The notes below the pieces were generated by a model that was not told the origin of the DNA, did no database searches, and saw only the letters and a program-made list of their open reading frames with translations. The position numbers were made by a program, and so were the translations under genes. This document shows positions 58,674 to 64,000 of a stretch of 64,000 nt of DNA, one piece after another; positions within the stretch are counted from its first letter, which is position 1, and each line of letters opens with the position of its first letter. This DNA comes from the human T2T-CHM13v2.0 reference genome, Homo sapiens. Location of the stretch: NCBI RefSeq assembly GCF_009914755.1, contig NC_060935.1; one strand, given 5' to 3'.

Positions 58674-60089
58674 ATTATAGGCATGAACCCTTATGACCAT
58701 TTTGACCATGAGCTGACTGAGGTTCAGTGGGGGAGAAAAAGCTTCAGTGATGAGTAGGAAATGGGTCCAATTGGCCTCCAAACCTATAGCTCAGAGCTGC
58801 TTTCTTCATGTTGGAGGCAGAATGGAAAATTAGAAAGAATATCAAGTTTGGAAACAGGACCAGGCTTTCATCTTACAATGATTCACTGAGTTCCTATCAT
58901 ATGCTAGGTCTGTGCCAGGCCATGAGGGAAGAGCAGTAGGTTCCATGGCTCTGGTCCTGACCCTAGTGGAGTTCACAGATTAGCAAGTAGGGATGCCAGT
59001 TCAGGAGTCAAGTTAACCAGGGTTAGGCTATGGGTACTTCCTTTGTAATCCTGGGCAAGTTACTTAATTTCTGTAAGATTCAATATCTGCAAGTATGGTT
59101 GCAGTTATATATTCCCATTATCCTCATACTAGTATGACCTACAAAATTGGTGCGACAATGTAATCAGATTATCTATGTAAAGTACTAAATACAGTTCCTG
59201 ATGTATGATAAACACTAAAGAAACAACTCATTTAACAATATGAACAATTAGTAATACAAAGCAATGATTTATATTAATATAATAATTAGAATTATAAATA
59301 TTAACTAAGAACTAATGTCAACAATTAGTAATAATAAGTATTCCTATTATATTTATTATTAGCATCTAGTGGAGCATTGCACCCCTGAGTAGAGAACAAT
59401 CTGCAGGATGTTGTCCAGCTGTTTGAAGCTTATTTCCTTATTAATAACTTGGCAATATTAATGGCTATCTCCAGAATTTTATGTAAGCTAGATAAGAAAA
59501 TGTATGTAAAAGCATTTTTGATAGGGGCTTAATATTTTTATTCCATGAAAGTGGCACCACTCAGAGCCTTCGGTGAACCAAAGTATTACTTTGTTTTGCC
59601 TTAAACAGCAAGCCCTTCTAAATTACAACCCTGGGAAATAAAGATGACAGTAAATTATGCAGGCCATCCCCTGGCCTAGGGGACTTAGGGTTAGGGTTCA
59701 GGTAGTAAGTCCTAGAGTAAGTGGACATTTAGCCAGGCTGCAGATTGATGAGTGCTGAGAGGAGCTGGTTATTTGATCCCCAGGAAATGTTTCTAGGCTG
59801 GGGTCACTGTTGCCAGCCTTTGAATCAATAAGGCAGCACCTTTCAGACCAGAAAGTTCAGTTCAATTTATCAAGTCAAGAGAAGTGAGAGAAGCAACAAG
59901 CATGATGAAAGCAGGGCACTCGCTGAGTCTCCAGTCAGCTCCAGTGTAAGAGGGAGGGACCGAGGCAGACTGTCTCCAGTTTTCCAAGGGCTTCCAGAGT
60001 TGTTCAAGGCCTTCATTCCCCAGGTGCCCCCCATTCTTCAAGAGCTTCATCATTTTCTAACCTCTCCGGAGAAATGAGTGGCAGACAAC

Positions 60090-60530
60090 AATTTATTCCA
60101 TAAACCTTTATTGAACATAGACCAGGGCCAAGCACTATTCTAGCCACAGGGAATGATCACTCATGAATCTGTTCAAAAAATAAATTTTGAGCACTTACTC
60201 TGTGCCAGACCCTCTGATAAATGAAACAATGAGTGAAACACAGCCCTTCAGTGGTGTTCCTAGTCAAGTAGGGGAGAAAAATAAATCAGCACTTACAGAG
60301 TGATGAAAAGAATAAGGGAAGAGTCACAAGGTGCCATCAAAGAACTAAGGAGGGACAAGAGACCTAATCTAGGGTGACTTCTCAGAGGAGGTGATTCTTC
60401 AGCCGAAAATTAAGGTGATTCGTCAGCCATATGCAAAGGGAGGAGGAGACCACAAGCAGAGGGAGTAGCATCCTCAGAGGTCTAGGTATGAAACCCACGA
60501 TATTTTTGCAAAATAAAAAGTAGCTCCATT
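60090..60530 (-). mobile_element. L2
   Basis: tttattgaac...gagcacttactctgtgccag L2 3' motifs. Confidence 0.6.
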
Positions 60531-60531
60531 T

Positions 60532-60975
<444 letters not shown>

Positions 60976-61761
60976 CTAGTGGCTCAAGAAAAATGGCAAA
61001 GGAAGAACTGTTTGACATAGTAACAGCACCATGCCATATGTCCCACACCTTGGAGCTAAGAAACAACAGAGCTTCCTCCTGGATTCCTACTGTGGACAAG
61101 GCTGCTTCCCCAGTCTGAAGGCCAACTTAGCTAGTTTCAGTCCTCCAGAAAGTATCTGTGCCCAATAACCTAGAGGAGGCATACATTGTAAATAGCGACG
61201 TAAAAAAGAAACAATCATCCCAATTTGTTCATAACTTAAAACCAAAACACGCCCTTCCGCTCTCTCCCTACTCCCCTCTCTCCCTACTCTCTTCTCCAAC
61301 ATGTCGAATTGGTCTTCTAAATCAGAAATCCCCACAAGTGGGAGATCCCTAGAAGTGGTCTTGCCTCATATCAAGAAAAAGAATCAAATGCACATTTATG
61401 TTATGGCATCATATCCTTTGGGTGATTCCCCAATGTGTGTGTTATCTGGCATCCATGAATACCCCCCGGGTTCTCATCTAAAGTACTCCTTTGAGTTGTT
61501 TCCAGCAAACCATTACTGAGATTTTCGTACAAGGAGGCATTTGTCACTTGCTGGGTCTGGGGGTGGAGGAGTAGGATGCTTAGTAAGCCAAGCAAAAAGG
61601 GGCAGCCAGGGAGGGGCTACTGGACAGAGGCTTCTGGCTTCCCTTACAGAGTGAGAGCAATGGGGGAAAGAGGAAAGACAGATGAGCTGGCTTCAAGACT
61701 TGCCCTGGGCGGTACATATGGGTTTCTGTCTCTGTGCTTCACTGAGGTTGGAGTGGCCTAG

Positions 61762-62410
61762 AGCAGTGCTTCTCAAACTTAACATGCACGTGAGTCACCG
61801 GTGGGGCAGGGGGCTGGCTCCAGTGTTCCCTCCCACCCAGTACATCTCGGTTGAGCCTTGAGGTCTGCATTTCTAAAAAGCTCCCAAATGATGCCGTGTT
61901 CATTGTCTACTGCTGCGTAATGAATTACCTCCAAAACTTAGCAGCATAAAACAACAAACATTTATTCTATCACGCAGTTTCTGAGGGTTGGGAATCTGGA
62001 AGCAGTTTGTCTGGATGATTCTGGCTCGGGCTTTCTTGGGACATGACAGGCAAGCTGTCAGCCAGACCACGGGCTCTGAAGGGGCTGCACTCTCCAGTCT
62101 CCCTGCACTGCTATTGGCAGTAGGCTGGAGCTCCTCGCTGTGTGGGCCTCTCCAAAGGGCTGCCCATATCATGGCTCTTGCTAAGATGGAAGCTGTAGCC
62201 TTTTTACACATAATCCCAGAAGCGACATGTTATCACTTCCACTGCATTCTATTCATCAGAAGGGAGTCATGAACTCCAGCCCACACTGAAGGGGAGAGAA
62301 ACTAAGCCCCATCCCTTGAAAGGAAGAAAATCAACAAATGTATGGATGTATTTTTAAAATCATCACAGACACCATTGCTGCTAGTCCTTAGCCCACATCT
62401 GGGCTGCCTG
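61762..62410. mobile_element. MER5A split by an MLT1 LTR (about 61895-62370)
   Basis: gcagtgcttctcaaact...ctgcatttctaaaaagctccc; ccaaaacttagcagcataaaacaacaaacatttatt MLT1 start. Confidence 0.7.
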
Positions 62411-62497
62411 GAGAGACAAGGGTTTAGAGTACAGTGTCCAAAATCATCCTGCTGGGGCTGGAGTAAAGGCAATGACACTTGCTAGAACGTCATTTAG

Positions 62498-62802
<305 letters not shown>

Positions 62803-64000
62803 TTAGCCTCTCGGTACCTCATCTGAAAAATGAGAATAACAATGATCCTATCAAGCAAGGTTGTTGCCTTAGGAAATAATACATAGAAACCACTCAGCAC
62901 AGTACCTGGCAGGTAGAAGTAGCCAATGAATCGTCATTATTATTGTTATTATCAGAGAAGCTAACCCATTTCTCAGTGGCAGCCCCAGGAGTTCCAGGCT
63001 CTGCCCTCTTGGCTCTTAGGTCCCAGTCCTGCTCATGCAGTTGTCATCTACCCCCTAAAGCAGAAAAGTGTGTACCAAATTGTTCCAGAATTCCAGAGAC
63101 ACCCTACCTTCTCACCATTCTCCAGCCTCCTACACAGAGGCTGGGTAGATGGGTGGAGGTGAGGGTATCGATGGCTAGATAGCATGAAACCAGTCTTTGA
63201 GATGTGGCACAGACAGTTTGTAGGTGGTTGGAGTGTCATCTTGGAATGAGATCCATGAATCAGAATCTCTGGCAATGGAGTCTGATCATCCGCATTTATA
63301 ACTTGCTCTCCGGATCATTCTTAGGCACACTAGAGTTTGAACAGCACTGCAGACAGATGCAAGAGATTTATTTATTCACCTACCTCCCCCCCTCACCTCC
63401 CAAAAGAATGGAAGGCTTGACTTTGAGTTCCTGAGAACAATAATGAGCTGTCCTCCTGGGGCCCTGTCTGAGGCCAGAGCTGGACTGGCCCTGGGGTTGA
63501 CCCGGGGCAGAACTTCTGTCCTGGTGACTAATGATCCAGTACGGCCCAGCCTGGCTGTGGTTTGTCTACAGGCCCCGTGACAGGCCTATCCACCCAGATA
63601 ACCACGATCTTGCTTTGTGGGATCAAATACTGGTTCAGGATTTATGAGTCCAAGTAACGACATGGCTGCGCTAGAGAGGGGGTGGGGTGGGAGCTGGGGG
63701 TGGGGCAGCACTTCTTCTCCCTCTGGAGCCTTGGCTGCCTTACCTAGCTTCAGGCTGCAGGTCAGGCCAAGAGGACAGGCTGCTGACTGCTTTGGGTAAG
63801 AACAGGGTCAGGGTACCAATGAACAGCATAGCAGCTGCTTCGTGTCTCCACGCAACCTCTCCCACTGTGTCACAGGGTGAAATCACTGCATGGTACACCC
63901 TGGTGCATTTTGTCATCCTAAAACCCAGGATGAGGTTAAAAATAAAAAAGCATCATTCTCCCACTACACAATTAGGGAATGGAAAAGATGTTTGTCATTG

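Noticed and set aside
59686-59697. TTAGGG x2 as an interstitial telomere
   Set aside because: Only two units; expected by chance

Overview
Primate, very probably human, non-coding genomic DNA. A full-diagnostic AluYa5 with target-site duplications (TSDs) is present. I found no credible protein-coding exon; the supplied ORFs are Alu/L1/LTR read-throughs or short chance frames. The window holds about 35 Alus, L1, L2 and MIR relics, THE1/MLT1/ERV1 solo LTRs and MER5/MER47/MER119 DNA-transposon fossils. Between them lie several repeat-free blocks rich in homeobox/PBX-HOX motifs that look like developmental enhancers. The main functional landmark is a CpG-island promoter at about 42.9-43.6 kb with a strong minus-strand splice donor. 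Splice and polyA signals suggest a minus-strand spliced lncRNA: exon 1 ending at 43322, exon 36374-36570, and a terminal exon at about 29462-29687 with AATAAA. Possible further exons at 22882-22951 and 16992-17055 would join in frame into a 34-aa microORF. I cannot name the locus. Repeat subfamily calls are from memory of consensus sequences and their boundaries are approximate. I see no evidence of a novel multi-gene system; the findings are regulatory, transcript-structure and repeat-mechanism observations.
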